From NCBI RefSeq assembly GCF_003334815.1, contig NZ_QOWO01000009.1: 64,000 bases of DNA; one strand, given 5' to 3'. Position 1 is the stretch's first letter, and each line of letters starts with the position of its first letter. Made by a program: the position numbers and the translations under genes. Origin of the DNA: Escherichia coli. GTDB taxonomy: Bacteria > Pseudomonadota > Gammaproteobacteria > Enterobacterales > Enterobacteriaceae. This document shows positions 1 to 10,906 of the stretch, in pieces. The notes beneath the pieces were generated by a model, which did no database searches, had not been told where the DNA came from, and saw only the letters and a program-made list of their open reading frames with translations.

Positions 1-516
1 AACGCCGCAGTGCGTATCCGCCAGCAGCATCCGGTCACGCAATTTACTGACCAGCTGCGCGGCATTATTCACGCCGACGAAAAACTGGCACGGGAAGATT
101 TTATCATTCATCGCCGTGATGGGTTGTTCGCCTACAACCTGGCTGTTGTGGTTGATGATCATTTCCAGGGCGTTACAGAAATAGTGCGTGGGGCTGATCT
201 GATTGAACCAACAGTAAGGCAAATCTCGCTGTACCAGCTTTTTGGCTGGAAAGTGCCAGATTACATTCATCTGCCGCTGGCGCTTAATCCACAAGGCGCT
301 AAACTTTCCAAGCAGAATCATGCGCCTGCGTTGCCGAAAGGCGATCCACGCCCGGTACTAATCGCGGCACTTCAATTTCTGGGGCAGCAGGCAGAAGCAC
401 ACTGGCAGGATTTCAGCGTCGAGCAAATCCTTCAGTCAGCCGTCAAAAACTGGCGGCTTACCGCCGTGCCCGAGTCGGCAATTGTAAATTCAACATTCTC
501 AAATGCGTCATGCTGA
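1..516 (+). CDS. gluQ: glutamyl-Q tRNA(Asp) synthetase, 5'-truncated at window edge (C-terminal 168 codons present)
   Basis: ORF 10..516 translation recognised as the GluQ-RS C-terminus; reading frame is open to the window start; lies immediately upstream of pcnB as in E. coli. Confidence 0.85.
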   Translation, partial: NAAVRIRQQHPVTQFTDQLRGIIHADEKLAREDFIIHRRDGLFAYNLAVVVDDHFQGVTEIVRGADLIEPTVRQISLYQLFGWKVPDYIHLPLALNPQGAKLSKQNHAPALPKGDPRPVLIAALQFLGQQAEAHWQDFSVEQILQSAVKNWRLTAVPESAIVNSTFSNASC

Positions 517-575
517 GCTATGATTAGCCGCTATTTTTTTGTCCTGAATGATGTTTGACACTACCGAGGTGTACT

Positions 576-1973
576 ATTTTTACCCGAGTCGCTAATTTTT
601 GCCGCAAGGTGCTAAGCCGCGAGGAAAGCGAGGCTGAACAGGCAGTCGCCCGTCCACAGGTGACGGTGATCCCGCGTGAGCAGCATGCTATTTCCCGCAA
701 AGATATCAGTGAAAATGCCCTGAAGGTAATGTACAGGCTCAATAAAGCGGGATACGAAGCCTGGCTGGTTGGCGGCGGCGTGCGCGACCTGTTACTTGGC
801 AAAAAGCCGAAAGATTTTGACGTAACCACTAACGCCACGCCTGAGCAGGTGCGCAAACTGTTCCGTAACTGCCGCCTGGTGGGTCGCCGTTTCCGTCTGG
901 CTCATGTAATGTTTGGCCCGGAGATTATCGAAGTTGCGACCTTCCGTGGACACCACGAAGGTAACGTCAGCGACCGCACGACCTCCCAACGCGGGCAAAA
1001 CGGCATGTTGCTGCGCGACAACATTTTCGGCTCCATCGAAGAAGACGCCCAGCGCCGCGATTTCACTATCAACAGCCTGTATTACAGCGTAGCGGATTTT
1101 ACCGTCCGTGATTACGTTGGCGGCATGAAGGATCTGAAGGACGGCGTTATCCGTCTGATTGGTAACCCGGAAACGCGCTACCGTGAAGATCCGGTACGTA
1201 TGCTGCGCGCGGTACGTTTTGCCGCCAAATTGGGTATGCGCATCAGCCCGGAAACCGCAGAACCGATCCCTCGCCTCGCTACCCTGCTGAACGATATCCC
1301 ACCGGCACGCCTGTTTGAAGAATCGCTTAAACTGCTACAAGCGGGCTACGGTTACGAAACCTATAAGCTGTTGTGTGAATATCATCTGTTCCAGCCGCTG
1401 TTCCCGACCATTACCCGCTACTTCACGGAAAATGGCGACAGCCCGATGGAGCGGATCATTGAACAGGTGCTGAAGAATACCGATACGCGTATCCATAACG
1501 ATATGCGCGTGAACCCGGCGTTCCTGTTTGCCGCCATGTTCTGGTACCCACTGCTGGAGACGGCACAGAAGATCGCCCAGGAAAGCGGCCTGACCTATCA
1601 CGACGCTTTCGCGCTGGCGATGAACGACGTGCTGGACGAAGCCTGCCGTTCACTGGCAATCCCGAAACGTCTGACGACATTAACCCGCGATATCTGGCAG
1701 TTGCAGTTGCGTATGTCCCGTCGTCAGGGTAAACGCGCATGGAAACTGCTGGAGCATCCTAAGTTCCGTGCGGCTTATGACCTGTTGGCCTTGCGAGCTG
1801 AAGTTGAGCGTAACGCTGAACTGCAGCGTCTGGTGAAATGGTGGGGTGAGTTCCAGGTTTCCGCGCCACCAGACCAAAAAGGGATGCTCAACGAGCTGGA
1901 TGAAGAACCGTCACCGCGTCGTCGTACTCGTCGTCCACGCAAACGCGCACCACGTCGTGAGGGTACCGCATGA
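576..1973 (+). CDS. pcnB: poly(A) polymerase I; start taken as the non-canonical AUU codon at 576..578 (ORF track begins at an in-frame TTG at 555)
   Basis: Translation matches PAP I ([11 protein letters not shown]... through the basic C-terminal tail). No in-frame ATG exists near the N-terminus; pcnB is known to initiate at AUU. Confidence 0.9.
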
Positions 1974-2449
1974 CAGTGGCGTATATTGCCATAGGCAGCA
2001 ATCTGGCCTCTCCGCTGGAGCAGGTCAATGCTGCCCTGAAAGCATTAGGCGATATCCCTGAAAGCCACATTCTTACCGTTTCTTCGTTTTACCGCACCCC
2101 ACCGCTGGGGCCGCAAGATCAACCCGATTACTTAAACGCAGCCGTGGCGCTGGAAACCTCTCTTGCACCTGAAGAGCTACTCAATCACACACAGCGTATT
2201 GAATTGCAGCAAGGTCGCGTCCGCAAAGCTGAACGCTGGGGACCACGCACGCTGGATCTCGACATCATGCTGTTTGGTAATGAAGTGATAAATACTGAAC
2301 GCCTGACCGTTCCGCACTACGATATGAAGAATCGTGGATTTATGCTGTGGCCGCTGTTTGAAATCGCGCCGGAGTTGGTGTTTCCTGATGGGGAGATGTT
2401 GCGTCAAATCTTACATACAAGAGCATTTGACAAATTAAACAAATGGTAA
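1970..2449 (+). CDS. folK: 6-hydroxymethyl-7,8-dihydropterin pyrophosphokinase (HPPK)
   Basis: 159-aa ORF with HPPK sequence ([12 protein letters not shown]...); start overlaps the pcnB stop by 4 bp (ATGA). Confidence 0.95.
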
Positions 2450-2818
2450 TTTATTTATATTGCGAATATAAATATTTTCTGAAAATCATATCTCATCTCT
2501 TTCCTTAATTACGATTTTAGTTTAAACATCTCTTTGCGGAAATAATATAACTTCCTATAAATAAATATCAATCCCATCTCCATACCCTAACCAATTGCAC
2601 TTGTGAACTTATTTTTACTTAATTTTGAATTAAGTAAATTTAATTTGTTCAAAAGCTTCTAAAGTGCACAATAGGCGACCTAATGAACAATGGTTGTAAA
2701 TTTGGGTAACAAATATCATTGCTCATTAATATCTAACATTTGTTTCTCCTATTTGTGTCATGAATAGTCATTCTTCAAACATGTAGTCTGACTAATGGAA
2801 TTTTATTAAAGGATTTTT

Positions 2819-3403
2819 ATGTCTAAAAAATTAGGTTTTGCCCTGTCTGGTCTTATGCTGGCGATGGTTGCAGGTACTGCTTCTGCTGATATGGACGGCG
2901 GTCAGTTAAATATCAGTGGTCTGGTTGTTGATAACACCTGTGAAACCCGCGTTGACGGCGGTAACAAGGATGGTCTGATCCTGCTGCAAACCGCAACCGT
3001 TGGTGAAATCGATGCTGGCGTACTGAATGACACCGTTGGCGCTAAAGCTAAACCTTTCAGCATCACCGTTGACTGCAGCAAAGCAAATCCGAATCCAGGT
3101 AGCACGGCTAAAATGACCTTCGGTTCTGTTTTCTTTGGTAACAGCAAAGGGACTTTGAACAACGACATGTCTATTAACAACCCATCTGACGGCGTTAATA
3201 TCGCTCTACACAATATTGATGGTTCCACTATCAAACAGGTTCAAATTAACAACCCTGGCGATGTGTATACTAAAGCCCTGGATGCAACGACAAAATCTGC
3301 TGTTTATGATTTTAAAGCGTCTTACGTTCGTGCCGTCGCAGACCAAACAGCAACTGCTGGTTATGTAAAAACTAACACTGCATACACCATTACTTATCAG
3401 TAA
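2819..3403 (+). CDS. yadN: fimbrial major subunit-like protein with signal peptide
   Basis: 194-aa ORF, N-terminal signal peptide, fimbrial subunit fold signature (Cys pair, C-terminal beta strand); first gene of a chaperone-usher operon after an AT-rich leader. Confidence 0.9.
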
Positions 3404-3500
3404 GTATTCACCAGTTAAATTGATTGAATGAATATACAGGGAATAATAATTTCTATTTTATATTATTCCCTGTTTTAATTAACTCTATCAGGGATGGTTT

Positions 3501-4241
3501 ATGTTTTTTAACACCAAACATACAACAGCTTTATGCTTCGTAACCTGTATGGCTTTTAGTTCATCGTCTATTGCGGACATTGTCATTTCGGGTACTCGCG
3601 TAATATATAAAAGCGATCAAAAAAGTGTCAACGTACGTCTGGAAAATAAAGGGAATAACCCGTTGCTTGTCCAGAGTTGGTTAGATACTGGCGATGACAA
3701 CGCTGAGCCTGGCAGTATTACAGTCCCTTTTACTGCTACGCCGCCAGTATCGCGTATTGATGCCAAACGTGGGCAAACAATCAAATTAATGTACACAGCC
3801 AGCACCTCACTGCCTAAAGACAGAGAGAGCGTGTTCTGGTTTAACGTACTGGAAGTTCCACCAAAACCAGATGCAGAAAAGGTCGCGAATCAAAGCCTGC
3901 TGCAACTGGCATTTCGCACACGTATAAAACTTTTCTATCGCCCGGATGGATTGAAGGGAAATCCCTCTGAAGCCCCGTTAGCCCTGAAGTGGTTCTGGTC
4001 AGGTTCAGAAGGTAAGGCGTCATTACGAGTGACCAATCCAACCCCTTACTACGTCTCTTTTAGCAGTGGTGATTTAGAAGCTAGCGGTAAACGCTATCCG
4101 ATTGATGTGAAAATGATTGCACCATTTAGTGATGAGGTCATGAAAGTCAATGGCCTTAATGGCAAAGCGAATTCTGCAAAAGTGCATTTTTACGCCATTA
4201 ATGACTTTGGTGGCGCAATTGAAGGTAATGCCAGGCTGTAA
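3501..4241 (+). CDS. yadV: periplasmic fimbrial chaperone (PapD-like)
   Basis: 246-aa ORF with signal peptide and PapD-family chaperone motifs; sits between the pilin and usher genes. Confidence 0.9.
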   Translation: MFFNTKHTTALCFVTCMAFSSSSIADIVISGTRVIYKSDQKSVNVRLENKGNNPLLVQSWLDTGDDNAEPGSITVPFTATPPVSRIDAKRGQTIKLMYTASTSLPKDRESVFWFNVLEVPPKPDAEKVANQSLLQLAFRTRIKLFYRPDGLKGNPSEAPLALKWFWSGSEGKASLRVTNPTPYYVSFSSGDLEASGKRYPIDVKMIAPFSDEVMKVNGLNGKANSAKVHFYAINDFGGAIEGNARL

Positions 4242-4275
4242 TCAGGCAAGGATATAATTCCGCAGGAAGCATAGC

Positions 4276-6873
4276 GTGACTATAGAATATACTAAAAATT
4301 ATCATCATCTGACCCGTATCGCCACGTTTTGCGCGCTGCTGTATTGCAATACTGCTTTCAGTGCTGAACTCGTTGAATATGACCATACCTTCCTGATGGG
4401 GCAGAATGCATCTAATATTGATCTCAGCCGGTACAGTGAAGGTAACCCCGCTATACCGGGTGTTTACGACGTCAGTGTTTATGTAAACGACCAACCAATC
4501 ATTAACCAAAGTATTACATTTGTCGCAATTGAAGGAAAAAAGAACGCCCAGGCTTGTATCACATTAAAGAATTTATTGCAGTTTCATATTAATTCTCCCG
4601 ATATAAATAACGAAAAAGCCGTTCTGCTTGCCAGGGATGAAACGCTCGGCAATTGCCTCAATTTGACGGAAATTATCCCTCAGGCTTCTGTTCGTTATGA
4701 CGTTAACGATCAACGTCTGGATATAGACGTTCCTCAAGCCTGGGTAATGAAAAATTACCAAAACTATGTTGATCCATCGTTATGGGAAAACGGCATTAAT
4801 GCGGCCATGTTGTCATACAACCTCAACGGATATCATAGTGAAACCCCTGGTCGAAAAAATGAAAGCATTTATGCTGCATTTAACGGTGGGATGAATTTAG
4901 GTGCATGGCGACTGCGTGCCTCGGGCAACTACAACTGGATGACCGATTCTGGCAGTAATTATGATTTTAAGAATCGGTATGTTCAGCGTGATATCGCCTC
5001 GCTGCGTTCTCAACTCATTCTTGGTGAGTCTTATACGACGGGCGAAACCTTTGATTCCGTCAGTATCCGAGGCATTCGTTTATACAGTGACAGCCGCATG
5101 TTGCCTCCGACTTTAGCCAGCTTTGCGCCTATCATTCATGGCGTTGCCAATACCAACGCCAAAGTCACTATTACGCAAGGTGGCTATAAGATTTATGAAA
5201 CGACGGTGCCGCCAGGCGCTTTCGTCATTGATGATCTGAGTCCGTCAGGGTACGGCAGCGATCTTATTGTTACCATCGAAGAATCCGATGGCTCAAAGCG
5301 GACATTCTCGCAACCTTTCTCATCCGTTGTTCAAATGTTACGCCCTGGCGTTGGACGTTGGGATATTAGCGGCGGTCAGGTCTTAAAAGATGATATTCAG
5401 GATGAGCCTAATTTATTTCAAGCAAGCTACTACTACGGCCTGAATAACTATCTGACGGGTTATACCGGTATTCAGATAACCGATAATAACTATACCGCTG
5501 GTTTGTTAGGTCTTGGTCTGAATACTTCAGTTGGTGCATTTTCTTTCGATGTGACTCATTCCAATGTTCGTATCCCGGATGATAAAACATACCAGGGGCA
5601 AAGTTATCGTGTTTCCTGGAACAAGTTATTCGAAGAAACAAGTACTTCACTGAATATCGCGGCCTATCGCTATTCGACACAGAATTACCTTGGTCTTAAT
5701 GATGCACTAACTCTAATTGATGAAGTGAAACATCCCGAACAAGATCTTGAACCGAAATCCATGCGTAATTACTCACGCATGAAAAATCAGGTTACGGTCA
5801 GTATTAACCAACCGTTGAAATTTGAGAAAAAAGATTACGGTTCATTTTATCTTTCCGGAAGTTGGTCCGATTACTGGGCTTCCGGACAAAATCGTAGCAA
5901 TTACTCTATTGGCTACAGTAACAGTACATCCTGGGGCAGCTACAGTGTCAGTGCCCAGCGTTCATGGAATGAAGACGGCGACACTGACGATAGCGTTTAT
6001 CTTAGTTTCACCATTCCAATTGAAAAATTACTTGGCACTGAACAACGTACTTCAGGTTTCCAGAGTATTGATACTCAAATAAGCAGTGACTTTAAGGGTA
6101 ATAACCAACTCAACGTTAGCAGCAGTGGCTATAGCGATAACGCTCGCGTCAGTTATAGCGTGAATACTGGCTATACGATGAATAAAGCCAGCAAAGATTT
6201 GAGTTATGTTGGGGGTTATGCCAGCTATGAGTCACCATGGGGAACGCTGGCAGGTTCAATTTCTGCAAATAGCGATAACAGCCGTCAAGTTTCTCTCAGC
6301 ACCGACGGTGGTTTTGTATTGCATAGCGGTGGACTGACTTTCAGTAATGATAGTTTTAGCGACTCCGATACACTGGCGGTAGTTCAGGCTCCAGGTGCTC
6401 AAGGAGCGCGAATAAATTATGGCAACAGTACTATCGATCGATGGGGTTATGGTGTCACCAGCGCTCTTTCTCCTTATCATGAAAACCGTATCGCGCTGGA
6501 TATCAACGATCTTGAGAACGATGTTGAATTAAAAAGTACCAGTGCAGTAGCTGTACCGCGTCAGGGTTCAGTCGTCTTTGCTGATTTTGAAACCGTGCAA
6601 GGGCAATCAGCCATTATGAACATCACACGAAGTGATGGTAAAAATATTCCATTTGCTGCAGATATTTATGATGAGCAAGGCAATGTCATTGGTAATGTTG
6701 GACAGGGTGGACAAGCATTTGTTCGTGGTATTGAGCAGCAGGGAAATATCAGCATTAAATGGCTCGAACAAAGTAAACCCGTAAGTTGTCTTGCGCATTA
6801 TCAACAAAGCCCAGAAGCAGAAAAAATAGCACAATCTATTATTCTGAATGGAATTCGGTGTCAGATTCAGTAA
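4276..6873 (+). CDS. htrE: outer-membrane fimbrial usher (GTG start)
   Basis: 865-aa ORF, usher family, begins at GTG 4276; typical size and position in a chaperone-usher operon. Confidence 0.9.
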   Translation: MTIEYTKNYHHLTRIATFCALLYCNTAFSAELVEYDHTFLMGQNASNIDLSRYSEGNPAIPGVYDVSVYVNDQPIINQSITFVAIEGKKNAQACITLKNLLQFHINSPDINNEKAVLLARDETLGNCLNLTEIIPQASVRYDVNDQRLDIDVPQAWVMKNYQNYVDPSLWENGINAAMLSYNLNGYHSETPGRKNESIYAAFNGGMNLGAWRLRASGNYNWMTDSGSNYDFKNRYVQRDIASLRSQLILGESYTTGETFDSVSIRGIRLYSDSRMLPPTLASFAPIIHGVANTNAKVTITQGGYKIYETTVPPGAFVIDDLSPSGYGSDLIVTIEESDGSKRTFSQPFSSVVQMLRPGVGRWDISGGQVLKDDIQDEPNLFQASYYYGLNNYLTGYTGIQITDNNYTAGLLGLGLNTSVGAFSFDVTHSNVRIPDDKTYQGQSYRVSWNKLFEETSTSLNIAAYRYSTQNYLGLNDALTLIDEVKHPEQDLEPKSMRNYSRMKNQVTVSINQPLKFEKKDYGSFYLSGSWSDYWASGQNRSNYSIGYSNSTSWGSYSVSAQRSWNEDGDTDDSVYLSFTIPIEKLLGTEQRTSGFQSIDTQISSDFKGNNQLNVSSSGYSDNARVSYSVNTGYTMNKASKDLSYVGGYASYESPWGTLAGSISANSDNSRQVSLSTDGGFVLHSGGLTFSNDSFSDSDTLAVVQAPGAQGARINYGNSTIDRWGYGVTSALSPYHENRIALDINDLENDVELKSTSAVAVPRQGSVVFADFETVQGQSAIMNITRSDGKNIPFAADIYDEQGNVIGNVGQGGQAFVRGIEQQGNISIKWLEQSKPVSCLAHYQQSPEAEKIAQSIILNGIRCQIQ

Positions 6874-6889
6874 CTACAAGGGACGTCAA

Positions 6890-7459
6890 ATGATAAAAAC
6901 AACGCCACATAAAATAGTGATACTGATGGGAATATTATTATCACCCTCAGTATTTGCAACGGATATTAATGTAGAGTTTACAGCCACTGTCAAAGCGACA
7001 ACCTGTAACATCACACTTACTGGTAATAACGTCACGAATGATGGCAATAATAACTACACATTGAGAATCCCTAAGATGGGTCTGGATAAGATCGCGAATA
7101 AAACGACAGAATCTCAGGCTGATTTTAAACTGGTTGCCAGTGGGTGCAGCAGTGGCATCAGTTGGATTGATACCACTCTGACCGGAAATGCATCATCAAG
7201 CTCACCTAAGCTTATTATACCGCAGTCTGGTGATTCATCTTCGACGACAAGTAATATCGGTATGGGTTTCAAAAAACGGACTACTGATGATGCCACTTTC
7301 CTTAAACCTAACAGTGCGGAAAAGATACGCTGGAGCACAGACGAGATGCAGCCCGATAAGGGTCTTGAAATGACCGTTGCGCTACGTGAAACAGATGCAG
7401 GGCAAGGTGTACCGGGGAATTTTCGTGCACTGGCGACGTTTAATTTCATCTATCAATAA
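6890..7459 (+). CDS. yadM: fimbrial minor subunit-like protein
   Basis: ORF 6848..7459 in frame; likely true start at the internal Met (MIKTTPHK...) preceding a signal peptide, giving 189 aa. Confidence 0.85.
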   Translation: MIKTTPHKIVILMGILLSPSVFATDINVEFTATVKATTCNITLTGNNVTNDGNNNYTLRIPKMGLDKIANKTTESQADFKLVASGCSSGISWIDTTLTGNASSSSPKLIIPQSGDSSSTTSNIGMGFKKRTTDDATFLKPNSAEKIRWSTDEMQPDKGLEMTVALRETDAGQGVPGNFRALATFNFIYQ

Positions 7460-7470
7460 GAAGGATAATT

Positions 7471-8076
7471 ATGATGACATTTAAAAATTTACGTTATGGA
7501 TTATCCAGCAGTGTCGTTTTGGCTGCCTCATTGTTCAGCGTACTCTCTTATGCGGCAACAGACAGTATTGGACTGACCGTTATTACTACTGTAGAAATGG
7601 GTACTTGTACCGCTACATTAGTAAATGACTCTGATCAGGACATTTCTGTTGTTGATTTTGGTGATGTATATATTTCTGAAATCAATGCCAAGACCAAAGT
7701 AAAAACATTCAAACTCAAATTCAAAGACTGTGCGGGTATCCCCAATAAAAAAGCGCAAATAAAATTAACCAAGCGAGCCACATGCGAGGGAACTGCTAAT
7801 GACGGTGCGGGGTTTGCAAATGGTTCCACAGCCGCAGATAAAGCAAGTGCTGTCGCCGTTGAAGTCTGGAGCACTGTAACTCCGGCAACAGGGAGTGCAA
7901 CACAATTTAGCTGTGTAACACCAGCATCACAAGAGGTAACAATCTCCACTGCAGCCAATGCGGTCGTTTATTATCCGATGAGTGCACGCCTGGTCGTGGA
8001 AAAAAATAAAACCGTAAACAATGTCACTGCGGGTAAGTTTTCTGCACCAGCCACATTTACAGTAACCTATAACTAA
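7471..8076 (+). CDS. yadL: fimbrial minor subunit-like protein
   Basis: 201-aa ORF with signal peptide; pilin-like. Confidence 0.85.
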   Translation: MMTFKNLRYGLSSSVVLAASLFSVLSYAATDSIGLTVITTVEMGTCTATLVNDSDQDISVVDFGDVYISEINAKTKVKTFKLKFKDCAGIPNKKAQIKLTKRATCEGTANDGAGFANGSTAADKASAVAVEVWSTVTPATGSATQFSCVTPASQEVTISTAANAVVYYPMSARLVVEKNKTVNNVTAGKFSAPATFTVTYN

Positions 8077-8102
8077 CAGACTTACAGATTCAGGAACTAT
8101 AT

Positions 8103-8699
8103 ATGCATCCCACTCAACGTAAGCTGATGAAGAGAATAATTCTGTTTCTGTCATTACTGTTTTGCATCGCCTGTCCAGCCATTGCTGGACAGGATATTGA
8201 CCTTGTTGCCAATGTAAAAAACAGCACCTGCAAAAGCGGAATCAGTAACCAGGGTAATATTGATCTTGGCGTCGTTGGGGTGGGATATTTTTCAGGTAAT
8301 GTTACTCCTGAAAGTTATCAACCAGGTGGAAAAGAGTTCACTATCACTGTATCCGACTGTGCATTACAGGGAACTGGCGATGTGCTAAATCAGTTACATA
8401 TTGATTTTAGAGCCCTTAGCGGTGTCATGGCTGCTGGCTCTAGGCAAATATTTGCTAATGAAATTTCGTCAGGAGCAAGTAATGTAGGAGTAGTTATATT
8501 TTCTACTCAGGATTCGGCGAATACATTCAATGTTCTTAATGCTTCAGGCGGATCTCGTTCCGTTTATCCAGTAATGTCGGATGACATGAATGGTTCATCC
8601 TGGAAATTTAGCACCCGAATGCAAAAAATCGATCCTGCATTGAGTGTTACATCTGGTCAACTTATGAGCCATGTGTTAGTGGATATTTACTACGAATAA
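8103..8699 (+). CDS. yadK: fimbrial minor subunit-like protein
   Basis: 198-aa ORF with signal peptide; pilin-like. Confidence 0.85.
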   Translation: MHPTQRKLMKRIILFLSLLFCIACPAIAGQDIDLVANVKNSTCKSGISNQGNIDLGVVGVGYFSGNVTPESYQPGGKEFTITVSDCALQGTGDVLNQLHIDFRALSGVMAAGSRQIFANEISSGASNVGVVIFSTQDSANTFNVLNASGGSRSVYPVMSDDMNGSSWKFSTRMQKIDPALSVTSGQLMSHVLVDIYYE

Positions 8700-8748
8700 C
8701 AAACAAAAACAGCGCAAACCATAACAATAAAGAAACATTGGAGTAAAA

Positions 8749-9987
8749 ATGAAGACTATCTTCAGGTACATTCTTTTTTTAGCACTGTATTCTTGTTGTA
8801 ATACAGTCAGTGCATATACAAGTTTTATTGTGGGAAATAATGCAGGAGTTGATAACTATCGAGGCCCCTCCACTGCCGCACAGATGACCTTTAATTACAC
8901 ATCAACAGCAAGCAACTTGGTTTTTTATAAACCCACGCAGCTCGGCCCGACTGGGGTAAAAATGTACTGGTCATACCTGGATACAGGTACCGGTGGTGGT
9001 ATTCTTTACTGCAATACATCTGGCAGAGCGAATCCTGGTCCAATAACTATTGAAAATGCCATGGTCTATTCAGGTAAAGATTATGGCGGACATAAACTAT
9101 TTAATACATCTGTTCCTGGTCTGTATTACACCATGTTAATATCAAGGGTCTGGTCTGCATACGATACAATAACTGACATTCAATCGCCAGGAATCTATAT
9201 CGGAGATCCTTCCAACCAAGAATTTTTCTTTTCCGTCACAGACAGCGATCTACAAACTAAGGGTTGCAACAAAGCAGACGACTACGATAAGTTTTGGGCT
9301 ATTGGTGGTATAGTACACAACATAACTGTTGAATTTTATACAGATACTAATTTCGATCCTACACTTAATCAGCAAGTCCAGTTATCCAGTTCATCAAATT
9401 ACCTTTATTCGTTTAAGGCCTACAGTCCTGGTACAAAAGTTGTAGATCACAGCAACCACATTTATGTCAATTTCACACTGAATAATGTCAAATTAACCTT
9501 ACCAACATGTTTTACCTCCATACTTACCGGGCCATCAGTCAATGGTTCAACGGTTAGAATGGGAGAATATAGCTCTGGGACAATTAAAAATGGCGCTTCA
9601 CCTGTTCCCTTTGATATCTCGCTTCAGAATTGTATTCGTGTGCGTAATATTGAAACAAAACTCGTCACTGGAAAAGTAGGTACTCAAAACACACAACTGC
9701 TTGGTAATACGCTTACTGGAAGCACTGCCGCCAAAGGCGTTGGCGTACTCATTGAAGGTTTAGCAACCAGTAAAAATCCGCTAATGACATTAAAACCTAA
9801 TGATACGAATTCTGTTTATATAGATTATGAAACCGAAGATGACACCTCCGATGGGGTTTACCCTAATCAAGGTAACGGCACATCACAGCCTCTTCATTTC
9901 CAGGCAACATTAAAGCAAGACGGGAATATTGCTATCGAACCCGGCGAATTTAAAGCCACCAGTACTTTCCAGGTAACCTATCCCTGA
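8749..9987 (+). CDS. yadC: putative fimbrial tip adhesin (two-domain adhesin-pilin)
   Basis: 412-aa ORF with signal peptide; the large size and terminal position in the operon are typical of tip adhesins. Confidence 0.85.
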
Positions 9988-9990
9988 TAA

Positions 9991-10027
9991 CGTAGCAGCA
10001 CTGTCACCTTCTGGCAGTGCTGCTACG
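9991..10027 (+). terminator. strong stem-loop immediately after yadC (13-bp perfect stem: cgtagcagcactg / cagtgctgctacg)
   Basis: Perfect inverted repeat read directly in the sequence just 3' of the yadC stop; no clear U-tract, so it may be a Rho-independent-like terminator or an RNA-stabilising hairpin. Confidence 0.4.
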
Positions 10028-10100
10028 GATAAATCATTGCCCCCACCAATGTGACTGATAAAATGCCAGACAGCACAACATCAATTTATCAGGATACGTT

Positions 10101-10895
10101 ATGAAACCGACCACCATCTCCTTACTGCAGAAGTACAAACAGGAAAAAAAACGTTTCGCGACCATCACCGCTTATGACTATAGCTTCGCCAAACTCTTTG
10201 CTGATGAAGGGCTTAACGTCATGCTGGTGGGCGATTCGCTGGGCATGACGGTTCAGGGGCACGACTCCACCCTGCCAGTTACCGTTGCCGATATCGCCTA
10301 CCACACTGCCGCCGTACGTCGCGGCGCACCAAACTGCCTGCTGCTGGCTGACCTGCCGTTTATGGCGTATGCCACGCCGGAACAAGCCTTCGAAAACGCC
10401 GCAACGGTTATGCGTGCCGGTGCTAACATGGTCAAAATTGAAGGCGGTGAGTGGCTGGTAGAAACCGTACAAATGCTGACCGAACGTGCCGTTCCTGTAT
10501 GTGGTCACTTAGGTTTAACACCACAGTCAGTGAATATTTTCGGTGGCTACAAAGTTCAGGGGCGCGGCGATGAAGCGGGCGATCAACTGCTCAGCGATGC
10601 ATTAGCCTTAGAAGCTGCTGGGGCACAGCTGCTGGTGCTGGAATGCGTGCCGGTTGAACTGGCAAAACGTATTACCGAAGCACTGGCGATCCCGGTTATT
10701 GGCATTGGCGCAGGCAACGTCACTGACGGGCAGATCCTCGTGATGCACGACGCCTTTGGTATTACCGGCGGTCACATTCCTAAATTCGCTAAAAATTTCC
10801 TCGCCGAAACGGGCGACATCCGCGCGGCTGTGCGGCAGTATATGGCTGAAGTGGAGTCCGGCGTTTATCCGGGCGAAGAACACAGTTTCCATTAA
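10101..10895 (+). CDS. panB: 3-methyl-2-oxobutanoate (ketopantoate) hydroxymethyltransferase
   Basis: 264-aa ORF matching PanB. Confidence 0.95.
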
Positions 10896-10906
10896 GGAGT
10901 CACGTT

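Noticed and set aside
555-575. TTG at 555 as the pcnB start (ORF-track start)
   Set aside because: The conserved PAP I N-terminus and the known AUU initiation favour a start at 576; the 7 upstream codons are probably untranslated. The TTG alternative is not excluded.
2450-9987. The yad fimbrial operon as a previously undescribed adhesin system
   Set aside because: It corresponds to the known cryptic yad chaperone-usher operon of E. coli; it is reported as under-characterised, not novel.
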